Shown here: positions 46,889 through 57,568 of the stretch, one piece after another
How the letters are laid out: each line of letters starts with the position of its first letter
Numbering within the stretch: the stretch's first letter is position 1
Source of the DNA: an uncultured delta proteobacterium
GTDB lineage: Bacteria > Myxococcota_A > UBA9160 > SMWR01
Direction of reading: 5' to 3'
DNA length: 64,000 nucleotides
Assembly (NCBI GenBank): GCA_963832165.1
Contig: CAWHTE010000011.1
Span: forward strand, 608,001 to 672,000
The notes under the pieces: model-generated
What the model was told of the DNA's origin: nothing
The model's database searches: none
Seen by the model: only the letters and a program-made list of their open reading frames with translations
Program-made: the position numbers and the translations under genes

Positions 46889-47870
46889 GTGGGTTCCGTG
46901 CGCGTGGGCCTGCAGATCGACATGCGTAATCCGGTCGAGCGGCGGCGGCCCTCGACCGAGCACTTCGCTAGCCGGCTCGATCGCCTCACAGAGGACGATC
47001 GTCTCGGCTGCGACGCGGTCTGGTTACCCGAGCACCACCTGTTCGACGATGGATACCTCGCGCAGCCGCTCGCGTTCGCGGCGGCGATCGCGGTTCGCAC
47101 CAAGCGCATGCGCATCGGCACGGCGGTTCTGCTGGCGCCGCTGCGGCCGCCGATCCTGATCGCGGAGGAGGCGGCCCTCGTCGACATCCTGAGCGGCGGC
47201 CGTGTCGAGCTCGGGATCGGCGCGGGCTACCGCAACACCGAGTACCACGCGTTCGGCGCCGACCACGCGGGACGCTTCGACGCGCTTCGAGCCTGTCTTC
47301 GCGAGTTTCCTCGGCTCTTCGCGCAGGTGACGCCGCCGCCCGTGCAGCGTCCGGTCCCGTTCTGGCTCGGAACGAACACCGCGCGTGGCGCGCGCGAGGC
47401 GGGCCGCAACGGAGCGGGTCTGCTCAACTGCGAGCCCGCAGATCCTGGGCCGTACTACAAGGGTCTCGCGGAGGCGGGCCGCGAGCCGCGCGACGCACGC
47501 ATGGCGGCCTGGACGTTTGCGATCCTGGCCGACGACCGGAAGCCGCCTACGACCGGATCGCGCCGCACTACATGTACGTCGTCAATTCCTATCGGCGTTA
47601 CATGGTCGAGGGCACCGGCAAGCCCGAGCCGCCGCTGCTGCCCGCGTCGGAGGCGCGCAGATTTCGCAGCAGTATGCTGCCGCGCTCGAAGTGCTTACGC
47701 CCGATCAGGCGGTCGCACGGATCCGTCGGATCACCGGCGGATTGCCAGTCACGGACGTCTGGTTCTACGCCGACTTCGGCGCGATGCCGTCGGACATCGT
47801 CGATCGGCACCTGGAGCTATTGTTCGGCGTGCTGCGGCCCCCGCTGCAGCAGACTGCCCGCTCGACCTAG
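46889..47870 (+). pseudogene. LLM-class oxidoreductase with two single-base deletions (~47536, ~47683)
   Basis: WLPEHHLFDDGYL...; continues as D(P)EAAYDRIAPHY, then LEVLTPDQAV...DRHLEL in successive frames. Confidence 0.8.
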
Positions 47871-48202
47871 CGCGCAGGGCCGCCGGAGGCGAAGAAGATC
47901 AGCAGCTCCATGTCCTCGTCGATTTCCACGAAGGAGTGCTCCGAGGTCGCTGCGACGTAGAGCACCGCTCCCGGCCCGACCGGGCGATCCACGCCGTCGA
48001 TGCGGACCCGCGCGCGACCGGCGAGCACGTAGTACACCTCGTCCTCGTCGTGCGGCGCCTGCAGATCGTTCGCACCGGCGCGCAACCGATAGATCCCGCA
48101 CGAGAGCGTAGGCACGCGCAGGAACTCCAGGTAGGGCACCGTAGACCGGTGCATGCGGTTGCGGACTTCGTCCAGCTGGAAGATCTGCCACGAGCTGCTC
48201 AC
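47867..48202 (-). CDS. Cupin domain protein
   Basis: YLEFLRVP..S.G.Y, QAPHDEDEVYYV, EHSF. Confidence 0.85.
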   Translation of the reverse strand: MSSSWQIFQLDEVRNRMHRSTVPYLEFLRVPTLSCGIYRLRAGANDLQAPHDEDEVYYVLAGRARVRIDGVDRPVGPGAVLYVAATSEHSFVEIDEDMELLIFFASGGPAR

Positions 48203-49410
48203 GATGGATCCGGTGCGCGCTCCACATCGAATCGAGGCATGACCTTCTCGGCGAACGTTTCGAGCGATCGCATCTGCACGTCGCGGGGAACGCGGCCGGT
48301 CCACGTTAGAAGGAGCAGGTGATCGGCGCTGGTGCCCTGGAGATGGTCCTCGATCTTGCGCGTGATCTCGTCCGGACTTCCGGCCAGCGTGAAGTTCGAG
48401 TCGACCAGATCCTGGTAGCGATACTCCCGCGGGCCCGGCGGATCGTCGGGCCGACGGAACAGCTCGCGGAACATCCACGGGTAGTAGCGGCCGTAGAGTC
48501 CCTCGCACGCCGCCGCATCGTAGCGGCGCGCCTCGTCGCCATCGGGAAGGCAGATGAACGGTCGCTGATAGGCGACGCCCTCGCCGAACGCACGCGAATG
48601 GCCGGCCGCGGCCGATTCCTCCTGGAAGATGGTCTGGAAGTAGCGCTGCTGCTCGGGATCGACGAGTCCGAGCGCCAGGTTCATGCCCTCTCGGCCCGCC
48701 CAACGCACGGTCGACTCCGAGAACGAGAAGGCCTGCCAGCGCACCGGCATCTTCCGCTTCGGAAGCTTCGGGACGACGCCGAGCTCCGTGACGATCCCCT
48801 GCGGCGTCACACCGCGTCCGTGCACGAAGGTGAGCTCGTTCTCCCAGACCAGGTTCTTGGGCGGGATCTGGTAGAACTCGCCGTCGAAGCTGACGAAGTC
48901 GTTGCGCAGAGCCGCCATCAGGATCTGATAGCTCTCCATGAACGCCCGGCGGTTCGCCTCGTCGCCTTCCGAGCGATCCGAGCTCGCACCCGCCACGTTC
49001 TTGGGTGCGATCGGCGTCACTTCGCGGCTCTGGAACCCCCGCACGAAGCCGAGCTCGAGACGGTCACCGAACATGTGGGCGGTCGTCGCGATGTCTTCTG
49101 CGAGCCGGAGCGGATTCCAGCACGCGAGCGAGAGTCCGAGCTGGCCGAGCTTGATGCGCTTCGTGTTCATCCCGATCCAGATGTCGAGCAACAACGGGTT
49201 GTGGGAGACCTCGAATCCTTCGACGCTGAAGTGGTGCTCGGCGAAGTAGAAGCCCCAGAATCCGGCATCTTCGACGAACTTCGCCTGGAGCTTCAGGTCC
49301 TCCATCATGTACGCGTACTGATCGGGGTCGTTTCCGAGCAGTGGGTTGCGGCGATATGCGTCCGGGTCACCGGAGCCGAGCTGAGGGAATCCGAACAGGC
49401 TGAACTTCAT
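48199..49410 (-). CDS. LLM-class flavin-dependent oxidoreductase (paralog C of the 32482/33713 pair)
   Basis: FPQLGSGDP..LGNDPDQY, FAEHHFSVEGFE, WQAFSFSE. Confidence 0.9.
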   Translation of the reverse strand: MKFSLFGFPQLGSGDPDAYRRNPLLGNDPDQYAYMMEDLKLQAKFVEDAGFWGFYFAEHHFSVEGFEVSHNPLLLDIWIGMNTKRIKLGQLGLSLACWNPLRLAEDIATTAHMFGDRLELGFVRGFQSREVTPIAPKNVAGASSDRSEGDEANRRAFMESYQILMAALRNDFVSFDGEFYQIPPKNLVWENELTFVHGRGVTPQGIVTELGVVPKLPKRKMPVRWQAFSFSESTVRWAGREGMNLALGLVDPEQQRYFQTIFQEESAAAGHSRAFGEGVAYQRPFICLPDGDEARRYDAAACEGLYGRYYPWMFRELFRRPDDPPGPREYRYQDLVDSNFTLAGSPDEITRKIEDHLQGTSADHLLLLTWTGRVPRDVQMRSLETFAEKVMPRFDVERAPDPS

Positions 49411-49447
49411 GAGGGATGCTCCTGTTTGCTCGACGGTTTGGCGAATG

Positions 49448-49870
49448 TCAGGGATGCCGCGGCATGCGTGGCGGGAGCGCGAGGTCCTCGTCGCGCCGCC
49501 GTGTCGCAACGCGGTGTCGGATTCGCCAACCGTCGGCGGTCTCGACCACGACATCCTCGTAGAGACCCGTGCTGACGTGCCCTGCGGCGAGCACGCCGAT
49601 GATCTTGCTCGTGACGCGAACCGTGCCGTCAGGCGATCGCTGTACCACGATGTTCGTGATGTGGTGGGCGAGCGGATGCTGCGCGGTGGCGAAGAAGCCG
49701 CGCATCGCGGGGAGCCCCTCCAGCGCGGGCAGTCCGACGGAGGAGACGTCGTAGACCGCGTCCTCTGTGAATACCTCGGACAGGCCGTCCCAATCGGCGC
49801 CATCCATCAAATGCCCGAACTGACCCAGCAGCTGGTGGATGGCGAGGATGTCGTCGGGGGCGAGCCGCAC
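49448..49870 (-). CDS. SnoaL/NTF2-like protein
   Basis: DILAIHQLLGQFGHLMD, AHHITN, YEDVVV...GWRI. Confidence 0.85.
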   Translation of the reverse strand: MRLAPDDILAIHQLLGQFGHLMDGADWDGLSEVFTEDAVYDVSSVGLPALEGLPAMRGFFATAQHPLAHHITNIVVQRSPDGTVRVTSKIIGVLAAGHVSTGLYEDVVVETADGWRIRHRVATRRRDEDLALPPRMPRHP

Positions 49871-49941
49871 GGCTGGATTATCTCACACAAAAGCACGAAA
49901 ATGGTTTCACATGGTCATCCGGCCGATCGCAGGGTAGGTCG

Positions 49942-50361
49942 ATGCACGTACCGTTCGGTGGCGGATGCTGCTGTCGCGCGATCCGCTACTTGTGTCGCGC
50001 AGCCCCCGAAACCGCGCTCCATTGCTACTGCCGGCATTGTCAGCGCGCGACGGGCGGTGCGTGCGCCACGGTGATCGTGGTGCCGGCGGCAGCGCTGGCG
50101 ATCGTGTGCGGTGAACCGGCCGCGTACGATGTGCGAGCGGATAGCGGTCACACCGCGCGGCGTCAGTTCTGCCGGACCTGTGGTTCGCCTCTGTTCGCGG
50201 GCTCGCTCGCCCATCCGGAATCCATCGGCGTCTACGCCGCCACGCTCGACGATGGGAGCGGTGTCGAACCCGCGCTCAACATCTGGACGAGCAGCCGGCC
50301 GGCCTGGGCGAGGCCCTACGTCGGACTGCCTAACCTCGAGCGCGGCAGGCCACGGCGCTGA
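49942..50361 (+). CDS. GFA (CENP-V) family zinc protein
   Basis: GGCCC.AIRY, CYCRHCQRATG, FCRTCGSPL. Confidence 0.88.
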   Translation: MHVPFGGGCCCRAIRYLCRAAPETALHCYCRHCQRATGGACATVIVVPAAALAIVCGEPAAYDVRADSGHTARRQFCRTCGSPLFAGSLAHPESIGVYAATLDDGSGVEPALNIWTSSRPAWARPYVGLPNLERGRPRR

Positions 50362-50369
50362 CGGGGCGC

Positions 50370-51173
50370 CTACTCGGGAGAGAAGCTTGCCGCGACGCGG
50401 GCTGCGAGGCGGTAGGGGCCCCGTTGCATGAATGCGGTCAGCACGCGCGAGAAGCGACCATGGGAGACCAATCGCTTGCCGGCCATGCACGCATCATAGG
50501 CTTCCGTCGCCACCTGCTCTGGGGTGAGCCTCATGTATCGCATGGCTCCGCTGTTCAGGTGCGCGCTCCAGGGCGTGTCATCGAAGATCTCGGTATCGGT
50601 GTAGCCGGGAAGGCTGGCTGTCGCATGGACGCCCTCTGCGGCGTACTCCGCGGCAATCGACTCCGAGAGCCGGATCACGAGCGCTTTCACGCCTGCGTAG
50701 AGCGTCGCGCGCGGCGAGCCGGGAAAGTAGCCGGACGGCGATGCCACCTGAACGATGCGGCCGAAGCGGCGTTCGACCATTCCGCGCAACAAACGATAGG
50801 TGAGCTCACATGGCGCGACGGCCATCACCTGGAGCATCTGCTGCTGCTCGGACCATGGATGGTCCAAGTAGCGCCCGTAGAGGCTGAAGCCGGCGTTGTT
50901 GACCAGGAAGTCGACGTGTAGGCCGCGCCGTCCGAGATCGCTCTCGATGGCCGCCGGCGCCGCGGGGTCGGAGAGGTCTGCGATGAGCGGGACGGCGTCG
51001 ACACCGCAGCGAGACGAGAGCGTCTTGGTCAGTGTCTCGAGTCGATCGGCGCGGCGCGCGACGGCCACAACCGCCCAGCCACGTTCCGCGAGGTGCTCGG
51101 CGAAGGCGCGCCCAATCCCCGACGATGCACCGGTGACGAGCGCCGTACGCCCGGCTCCCTCGCGTACGTTCAC
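50370..51173 (-). CDS. Short-chain dehydrogenase/reductase
   Basis: TGASSGIG, NNAG, YAGVK, PGYTDTE. Confidence 0.9.
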   Translation of the reverse strand: MNVREGAGRTALVTGASSGIGRAFAEHLAERGWAVVAVARRADRLETLTKTLSSRCGVDAVPLIADLSDPAAPAAIESDLGRRGLHVDFLVNNAGFSLYGRYLDHPWSEQQQMLQVMAVAPCELTYRLLRGMVERRFGRIVQVASPSGYFPGSPRATLYAGVKALVIRLSESIAAEYAAEGVHATASLPGYTDTEIFDDTPWSAHLNSGAMRYMRLTPEQVATEAYDACMAGKRLVSHGRFSRVLTAFMQRGPYRLAARVAASFSPE

Positions 51174-51215
51174 GGCTCAGCGCTCTCGTTTCGCGCGCAT
51201 CGCGGCAGCCCTTGC

Positions 51216-52412
51216 TCAATCCTTCATGCGGATCGATCCGCCGTCCCCCTGGCTGTATCGCTTCTGGTAGTCCGACCCCGGGCCGTACTTCTTGACGATG
51301 TGGTCAAGATCGAAGCCGAAGAAGCGGGCGGCGTTCTCGGCGCAGAGCTTGCGCTGCGTCTCGACGGGCAGACTCCCCATGTGCTTCTGGATCGAGTCGC
51401 GGCTGTGCGGGAACGTGCCTTCCATGTGGGGATAGTCGGAGCCCCAGGCAATGCAGTCCTCGAGCACGTCGAGATTGCGGATTCCGGGAGCGTCTTCCTG
51501 GAACGTGATCAGGATGTTCTCGCGGAAGTACTCGCTCGGCCGCTTCTTGAGCCGTGGTCGCAGGAACGCACCGTTGTCGTGCCACATGCGATCCATCACG
51601 AGCATGTACCACGGGGCCCAGCCGACGCCTCCTTCAACGAGCGCCACCTTCAGCGTCGGGAAGCGATCGAACACCCCTGCCGAGACGAAGTCCATCGTGA
51701 TCTCCGCCGCGTCGGACTGGCACATCACGAACTCTCTCATGATGAATCCCGGCTGCTGTGGCACGCGCCCGTACGCTCCCCCCGTACCGATGTGGTTCGC
51801 CAGCGGAACGCCGAGCTCGGCGACCACCGCCCATAGCCGGTCGTAGGCGGGGTTGCAGTAGCCGCCCGCTTGTTCGCCTACACAAGGCACGGCCACGGAG
51901 ACGGCTCGCGCGCCGAGCGTTCCGACGGCGCGCTTCGCCTCCGCGATCGAGAGGTCGATGTCCCAGGACGGCAGCATTGCGGGTGCGATGCTCCGGTCCA
52001 CAGTGTCCTTGAAGAAGTCGATCACCCAGTCGTTGTAGACGCGGCACATATCCGCGAGCACCTCGCGGTCGGGCTGATCCATCCAGTAGTGGAAGCCGTA
52101 ACAGACCTCTCCCTGGACATCATCGAAAACCATGTCGTGCTTGCGCGGCTCCCCCTCGAACTTGCCGCGCCGCCCATCCTCGTAGCGCGCACCTTTGTAC
52201 GAGCGCTCGCTCTCTTCGTACTCCTCCATGGCTTCCAGACCGACCCAGCGCACCAGCCGGTCTCCCATCAGGATCTGATCACCCTTCGGCGTGGAGACCA
52301 CCCGCGGCGCGCGCTCCTTGAGCTTCGCCAGGCAATTTTTCTGATAGAGGTCGCGCGGTTCGTGGATGTGATTGTCCGCGCTGATGATCGGATACCAATC
52401 GCTACCAGCCAT
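51216..52412 (-). CDS. Amidohydrolase family (Amidohydro_2) protein
   Basis: ISADNHIHEP, YNDW, EGGVGW, WGSDYPHMEGTFP. Confidence 0.9.
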   Translation of the reverse strand: MAGSDWYPIISADNHIHEPRDLYQKNCLAKLKERAPRVVSTPKGDQILMGDRLVRWVGLEAMEEYEESERSYKGARYEDGRRGKFEGEPRKHDMVFDDVQGEVCYGFHYWMDQPDREVLADMCRVYNDWVIDFFKDTVDRSIAPAMLPSWDIDLSIAEAKRAVGTLGARAVSVAVPCVGEQAGGYCNPAYDRLWAVVAELGVPLANHIGTGGAYGRVPQQPGFIMREFVMCQSDAAEITMDFVSAGVFDRFPTLKVALVEGGVGWAPWYMLVMDRMWHDNGAFLRPRLKKRPSEYFRENILITFQEDAPGIRNLDVLEDCIAWGSDYPHMEGTFPHSRDSIQKHMGSLPVETQRKLCAENAARFFGFDLDHIVKKYGPGSDYQKRYSQGDGGSIRMKD

Positions 52413-52685
52413 GAGGGGTTCTCCTGTACGCTGCCACAATTACGGTATGGACACTCACGAAAAGCGTCAATCGCAAACTTCGCGCCGCCGCCACCGCGCG
52501 AGCTCGGGCTCCCAAGTTGGCGATTTTTTTGGTTTTCTGACGCCGTTCGAACCGCGGCGTCCGCGCTCCCCGTTTTGTGCTTGTTTTTTGTACTCTAATT
52601 TAACAAAAATAGCAATGCCGAAGTGATGCGCCTGGCCAGGATGCCGAGCGGGCGCTTCCTCGTTCCAAGGCAGGAGGTGTCGCTC

Positions 52686-53648
52686 GTGACGGATTCGATG
52701 GTTTCCCGCTTCGGCCCCGACTCCACCGCGATGGAGGTGGTTGCGGGCATCGACCTGCGCGGCCGGACGGCGGTGGTGACCGGTGGCTCGACGGGGATCG
52801 GCGCCGAGACGGCGCGCGCGCTCGCCGCGGTCGGCGCGCGCATCGTGCTGACCGGGCGCGACGTGCCCAAGACGCGTCGGACCGCTGCCGAGATCGCGGC
52901 CGAAACCGGCAACCCCGAAGTCGCCGCGCAGGAGCTCGATCTCGCTAGCGAGAAGAGCATCCGGGAATGCGCGGAGCACCTGCTCGCGAACTGCAGCGCG
53001 ATCCAGATCCTCGTGGCGAACGCGGGCACGTACAACCCGCCTCAGCGTTACGACGAGCACGGGCGCGAGATGCACCTGGCCGCGAACCACCTCGGGCACT
53101 TCCTGCTCACCAAGCTGCTCCTCCCCGCGCTGATCGCGGGCGCGCCCGCGCGCGTCGTGGTCGTGAGCTCGGCCGGACACCATTTCCTGCCGGTTCAATT
53201 CGATGACCTCGCGCTGCGCAAGCGCGATTACGAGGTCAGTGAGGCCTACGGCCAGTCGAAGACCGCGAATGCGCTGTTCGCGCTCGAGCTCGACCGGCGG
53301 CTGCACGCGAAGGGCGTACGCGCGTTCGCGGTGCACCCGGGCGAGATCATGACCGACCTCGCCCGCCACGTGACGATGGACGATGTGAGGGCGCTGCTCC
53401 GTCGCAGTCCGACGCGCGTGCGGCAACGCAATGCCGCGGAGGGTGCGGCCACCTCGGTCTGGGCCGCGACGACTCCAGATCTCGGCGACAGAGGCGGGCT
53501 CTATCTGGAGGACTGCGGCGAAGCGGCAGTCGTCGATGAGTTCCATGGCTTCCGCGGTGTGCGTCCGTACGCGCGGGATCCCGAGCTCGCCGCGCGGCTG
53601 TGGTCGGTGTCCGAGGATCTCGTCGGCGAGCGCTTCGAGACGCCCTGA
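52686..53648 (+). CDS. SDR (retinol dehydrogenase/WWOX-like)
   Basis: AGGAGG RBS; TGGSTGIG, NHLGHF, YGQSK, HPG. Confidence 0.9.
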   Translation: MTDSMVSRFGPDSTAMEVVAGIDLRGRTAVVTGGSTGIGAETARALAAVGARIVLTGRDVPKTRRTAAEIAAETGNPEVAAQELDLASEKSIRECAEHLLANCSAIQILVANAGTYNPPQRYDEHGREMHLAANHLGHFLLTKLLLPALIAGAPARVVVVSSAGHHFLPVQFDDLALRKRDYEVSEAYGQSKTANALFALELDRRLHAKGVRAFAVHPGEIMTDLARHVTMDDVRALLRRSPTRVRQRNAAEGAATSVWAATTPDLGDRGGLYLEDCGEAAVVDEFHGFRGVRPYARDPELAARLWSVSEDLVGERFETP

Positions 53649-53649
53649 G

Positions 53650-55002
53650 ATGGACGGCCGTGCGCTGCGAGCATGGGTGGTCGAGCAAGTGGGGGGCGAG
53701 GTAGTCCGCTTCGAGCGACTCGGAGGCGGCAACTCGCGCGAGGCGTGGCTCACCGACGTCGCGCTCGGTGCCGACAACCTCGAACTCCTGCTTCGCCGCG
53801 ACGCGGGCGGCGGACCGATGTCGGGAACCGAGCTCTCGATCGAGCGCGAGTCGCGCGTGTATCGCGCGCTCGCAGACAGCGGGCTCCCGGTGCCCCGCGT
53901 CCACGGCGTCGCGCGCGATGCGGTTCTGCTCGATCGCATGCCAGGATGCGCGCAGTGGGCGACGCTGACCGACCCCGCGGAACGCGACTCGGTCTCGCGG
54001 CATTTCGTGGCGCTGCTCGCGCACCTGCATCGGCTCGACCCCCGCCGACTCGACCTCGCCGGCTTCCCGGTGCCATCAGTTCCGCAGGACCATGCACGCA
54101 TCGACCTCGCGCTCTGGGAACGCCTGTACGACAAGCACGTCGGCGCACCGAACCCGTTCGTTCGCTTCGGGATCGCCTGGCTGCGGCGCAACGCGCCCGT
54201 CTCGGTGCAACGCACGTCACTCGTGCACGGGGACTGCGGGACGGGGAACTTCCTGTTTCACGAAGGCCGCGTGACCGCGTTGCTCGACTGGGAGTTCAGC
54301 CATTTCGGCGACCCCGTCGACGATCTCGGCTGCCTCGTGCTTCACGACTTCGTGCAGGGCAGCGACTTGAGCCCGTACCTGGCGCTCTATCGCGAGCAGT
54401 CCGGCATCGAGGTGGAGCGTTCGAAGCTCCTCTACTACTTCGCGTTCATGAACCTGCGCTGCCTGATCGCGTGTTCGATCGCGCTCCAGGCGACGAATCG
54501 CTCGATGGAGCGCGGACTGTACCTGTCCGTGATCCACCGCTTCGAGCGCTACCTCGTGCACGCGATCGCCCAATCTGCGGCGGATCAGCCGCTCGTGCCT
54601 GCGGAGCTGCCCGATCCCGGCCCGCCTACTCCCCGGACAGCCCTCTACGACGTGATGCTCGCCGACCTGCGCGAGTTCGTCCTGCCCAGACTGGCGAGCG
54701 ATGAAGTGGGCGCTCGGCGCGCAGCGGCGATCGGGAACATTCTCGTCTATCTATCGGGCTTCGAGCGCCGTGGTGACGCGCTCGCTCGGCACGAGCGCGA
54801 CGACGCAGCCCGGTTGCTCGGCAGAGCTGTTGCCGATCCGCGCGCAGATGGGGATCTGCTCGACGATGTGTGTCGGGACACCGCGCGCGAGAGCGAAGTG
54901 CTCGCCTATCTCTCGAGGCGCAGCGACCGCGAGCTAGCGCTGTGGGGACCTGCGCTCGGCGAGCGCGCGACCCAGCCCGTGCGCGTGGAGGCGTACCTGT
55001 GA
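53650..55002 (+). CDS. APH/ACAD10-like phosphotransferase with helical C-terminal extension
   Basis: GGGNSRE, VHGDCGTGN, LLDWE..HFGDP. Confidence 0.85.
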   Translation: MDGRALRAWVVEQVGGEVVRFERLGGGNSREAWLTDVALGADNLELLLRRDAGGGPMSGTELSIERESRVYRALADSGLPVPRVHGVARDAVLLDRMPGCAQWATLTDPAERDSVSRHFVALLAHLHRLDPRRLDLAGFPVPSVPQDHARIDLALWERLYDKHVGAPNPFVRFGIAWLRRNAPVSVQRTSLVHGDCGTGNFLFHEGRVTALLDWEFSHFGDPVDDLGCLVLHDFVQGSDLSPYLALYREQSGIEVERSKLLYYFAFMNLRCLIACSIALQATNRSMERGLYLSVIHRFERYLVHAIAQSAADQPLVPAELPDPGPPTPRTALYDVMLADLREFVLPRLASDEVGARRAAAIGNILVYLSGFERRGDALARHERDDAARLLGRAVADPRADGDLLDDVCRDTARESEVLAYLSRRSDRELALWGPALGERATQPVRVEAYL

Positions 55003-55943
55003 TCGAGCCGCGAGACGACTCCTTCCACGCGCCGACGAGCGGCGATCCGGACTGGAACGAGACCTGCTGGTTCTCGTTCGCGGTTCCCGAGCGCAGGATC
55101 TCCGGAACGCTCTATCCCGTCTTTCGGCGCAACCTCGGAACGGTCGGCTGCTGCATCGCGCTCTGGGACGACACCGCGGTGCTCCCCTGGGAAGCGCTGT
55201 ACTACGACTACCGTTTCTGGATGCCGTGGCCCGAGGGCGATCTCACGCGCTTCGAGCTGAGCAACGGGTATGCCGCGGAGTGCACCGCACCGCTCTCGAA
55301 GTACCGACTGCGCTACTCGCATCCCGGCGTGCTCGAGTTCGAGCTCGCGTTTTCCGCGCTGATTCCGCCCCACGAGACGGAGATGCGGAATCTGGGCTTC
55401 GCGGGCGCCGCGCACTGGGACCAGCACGGCCGGCTCACGGGCCGGCTGTCCCTGCGCGGTGAGGAGATCCCCGTCGACAGCATCTACATGCGCGACCGTT
55501 CGTGGGGGCCGCGCCCAGCAGCGCGCGGCCCGCGCCGCATCGGTTACACCACGGGGTTTCACGCGTCGGTCGGCTTCCACGCGATCAGCGCAGCCGACGA
55601 CATGCTCGCCGAGCTGCCGAAGGAGACGGTGTTCCAGGGCTATCTGTGGCGCGACGGCGTCGTCGCCGACGCCGTCGCCGGAGAGCGCCGCGTCGTCGAT
55701 CGCGACCGGAACTCGGGCTGGCCGTTGCGCGTCGAGATCGAGATCCGCGACGCGCTCGGGCGCACGCTCGAGACGGAGGGCCGCTGCGAGAATCGCTTCG
55801 CGTTCCCCGCGCTGCCCGGGAACTTCAACTGGATGAGCCTCACGCGCTGGTCGCTCGACGGCGCGGAGGCCTGGGGAGAGGATCAGGACGTCTGGACTGT
55901 CGAGTCGTGGCGCGCATTCGCGCACGCGCGCAGGCGGCGCTAA
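54999..55943 (+). CDS. Hypothetical protein, AttH/tocopherol-cyclase-like beta fold
   Basis: WNETCWFSF, HWDQHG, RDRSWGPR; overlaps upstream stop. Confidence 0.65.
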   Translation: MIEPRDDSFHAPTSGDPDWNETCWFSFAVPERRISGTLYPVFRRNLGTVGCCIALWDDTAVLPWEALYYDYRFWMPWPEGDLTRFELSNGYAAECTAPLSKYRLRYSHPGVLEFELAFSALIPPHETEMRNLGFAGAAHWDQHGRLTGRLSLRGEEIPVDSIYMRDRSWGPRPAARGPRRIGYTTGFHASVGFHAISAADDMLAELPKETVFQGYLWRDGVVADAVAGERRVVDRDRNSGWPLRVEIEIRDALGRTLETEGRCENRFAFPALPGNFNWMSLTRWSLDGAEAWGEDQDVWTVESWRAFAHARRRR

Positions 55944-56002
55944 CTAGATATTATGTTTATGTGACTGATTATGGCAAAAAGGCATACGAGCCAGGTGATT
56001 CG

Positions 56003-57553
56003 ATGAACCGAGCCAGCGATCTCGACCGGGCGGCGCGCCAATGGCCGGACAAGGCCGCGCTCTACTTCGAGGGTCCCGAGAACCAGTGGACCTTCCTGAC
56101 CCTCGATCTGCGCGCCTCCCGGATCGCGACCGGACTCGAGGGCATGGGCGTTCGCCCCGGAGACCGCGTCGCCATCATCATGTCCAATCTCCCGGAGCAC
56201 GTCGCGGCCTGGTATGGCATCGCCAAGGCCGGCGCGATTCCGGTCGACGTGAACTACATCCTCGCGGACGAGGAATGGACGTTCATCCTGAACGACTGCG
56301 AGCCCGCCGCGATCCTGACCGACATGCGATTCGGCGAGCGCGTCGTCGCGCTGGCGAAATCGGTGTCTTCGCGACCTGCGGTGTTCGTCGCGCGGCGCGA
56401 GCGCAACCTCGGCACCGCCGCGTTAGACGACCTCGGGAGCGACACCGGCGCGCGTCCCGCCGTCGATCGCAGCCCCGACGACGTCGCGGTGATCGCGTAC
56501 ACGAGCGGAACTACCGGGTATCCCAAGGGCGTGATGCACAGCCAGAGCATCCTGGAGTTTCAGATGGGAACGCTGCAGGAGACCAATGGCATCCATCACG
56601 GCGACGTGATCGCGTGCGCGACGCCGATCTTTCCGATGCACGGCTACCTGACGCAGCCGGGCATCGCGGTGCACGTCGGGGCGACGCTGCTCTTGATGGA
56701 CCGCTTCGACCCGCAAGTATTCTCGGCGAAGTCGCGCCAGTATCCGATCACGTGCGCGACGTTCGCCCCGGCGATGATCGTCGCACTGCTCCAGCTTCCG
56801 GACGGCGAAGGGCCCGTTCTCGACCATGCGCGGCTCTTTTTCTGCGGCGGTGCTGCGCTGCACCCCGAGGTACGCGAGCGCTTCGAGAAAACCTACGACG
56901 CGCCGCTGGTACAGGGCTTCGGCTCGACGGAGGTGATGGGCGCCATCGCGATGGAGCGCGCCGGGCGCCGCGCTCCGCCGGGCAGCTGCGGAGAGCTGTG
57001 GTCGGGTGCGAAGTCTCTCGTACGCGTCGTGGACGACGCCGGCAACGACGTTCCTCATGGTCAGGTCGGCGAGTTCCTCGTGCACAAGAGCCGCGCGACG
57101 ATGGGCTACTGGCGCCGGCCCGACCTCACCGAGGAGGCGTTCTACGACGGCACCTGGTTCAAGATGGGAGACGTGGGGCGGATCGACGAGAACGACTTCG
57201 TGTTCCTGCTCGATCGCAAGAAGGACATGATCATTCGCGGCGGCTTCAACATCTACTCGGCGGAGATCGAGCGCGTGCTGAACCAGCACGACGCGGTCGC
57301 TGAAGCGATAGTGATCGGGCTGCCCCACGAGCGGCTCGGCGAGGTTCCCAAGGCATTCGTCGTGCTGCGGTCCCAGAGCGGGAGCGAGGCGCTGGCTTCC
57401 GAGCTGCGCGACTACTGCATCCAGCGCATCGGCAAGCTCAAGGCGCCCGAGGAGATCGAGTTCGTGGCCTTCGATGCGCTGCCGCGGAACGCTATGACGA
57501 AAGTGTTGAAGCGAGAGCTGCGCGACCGCGTGCTCGCGCGCGCGCGCAACTAG
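56003..57553 (+). CDS. Acyl-CoA synthetase (class I adenylate-forming)
   Basis: YTSGTTGYPKG, GFGSTE, DRKKDMIIRGGFNIY, LPRNAMTKV. Confidence 0.92.
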   Translation: MNRASDLDRAARQWPDKAALYFEGPENQWTFLTLDLRASRIATGLEGMGVRPGDRVAIIMSNLPEHVAAWYGIAKAGAIPVDVNYILADEEWTFILNDCEPAAILTDMRFGERVVALAKSVSSRPAVFVARRERNLGTAALDDLGSDTGARPAVDRSPDDVAVIAYTSGTTGYPKGVMHSQSILEFQMGTLQETNGIHHGDVIACATPIFPMHGYLTQPGIAVHVGATLLLMDRFDPQVFSAKSRQYPITCATFAPAMIVALLQLPDGEGPVLDHARLFFCGGAALHPEVRERFEKTYDAPLVQGFGSTEVMGAIAMERAGRRAPPGSCGELWSGAKSLVRVVDDAGNDVPHGQVGEFLVHKSRATMGYWRRPDLTEEAFYDGTWFKMGDVGRIDENDFVFLLDRKKDMIIRGGFNIYSAEIERVLNQHDAVAEAIVIGLPHERLGEVPKAFVVLRSQSGSEALASELRDYCIQRIGKLKAPEEIEFVAFDALPRNAMTKVLKRELRDRVLARARN

Positions 57554-57568
57554 CGGGAGTGCACGTCC

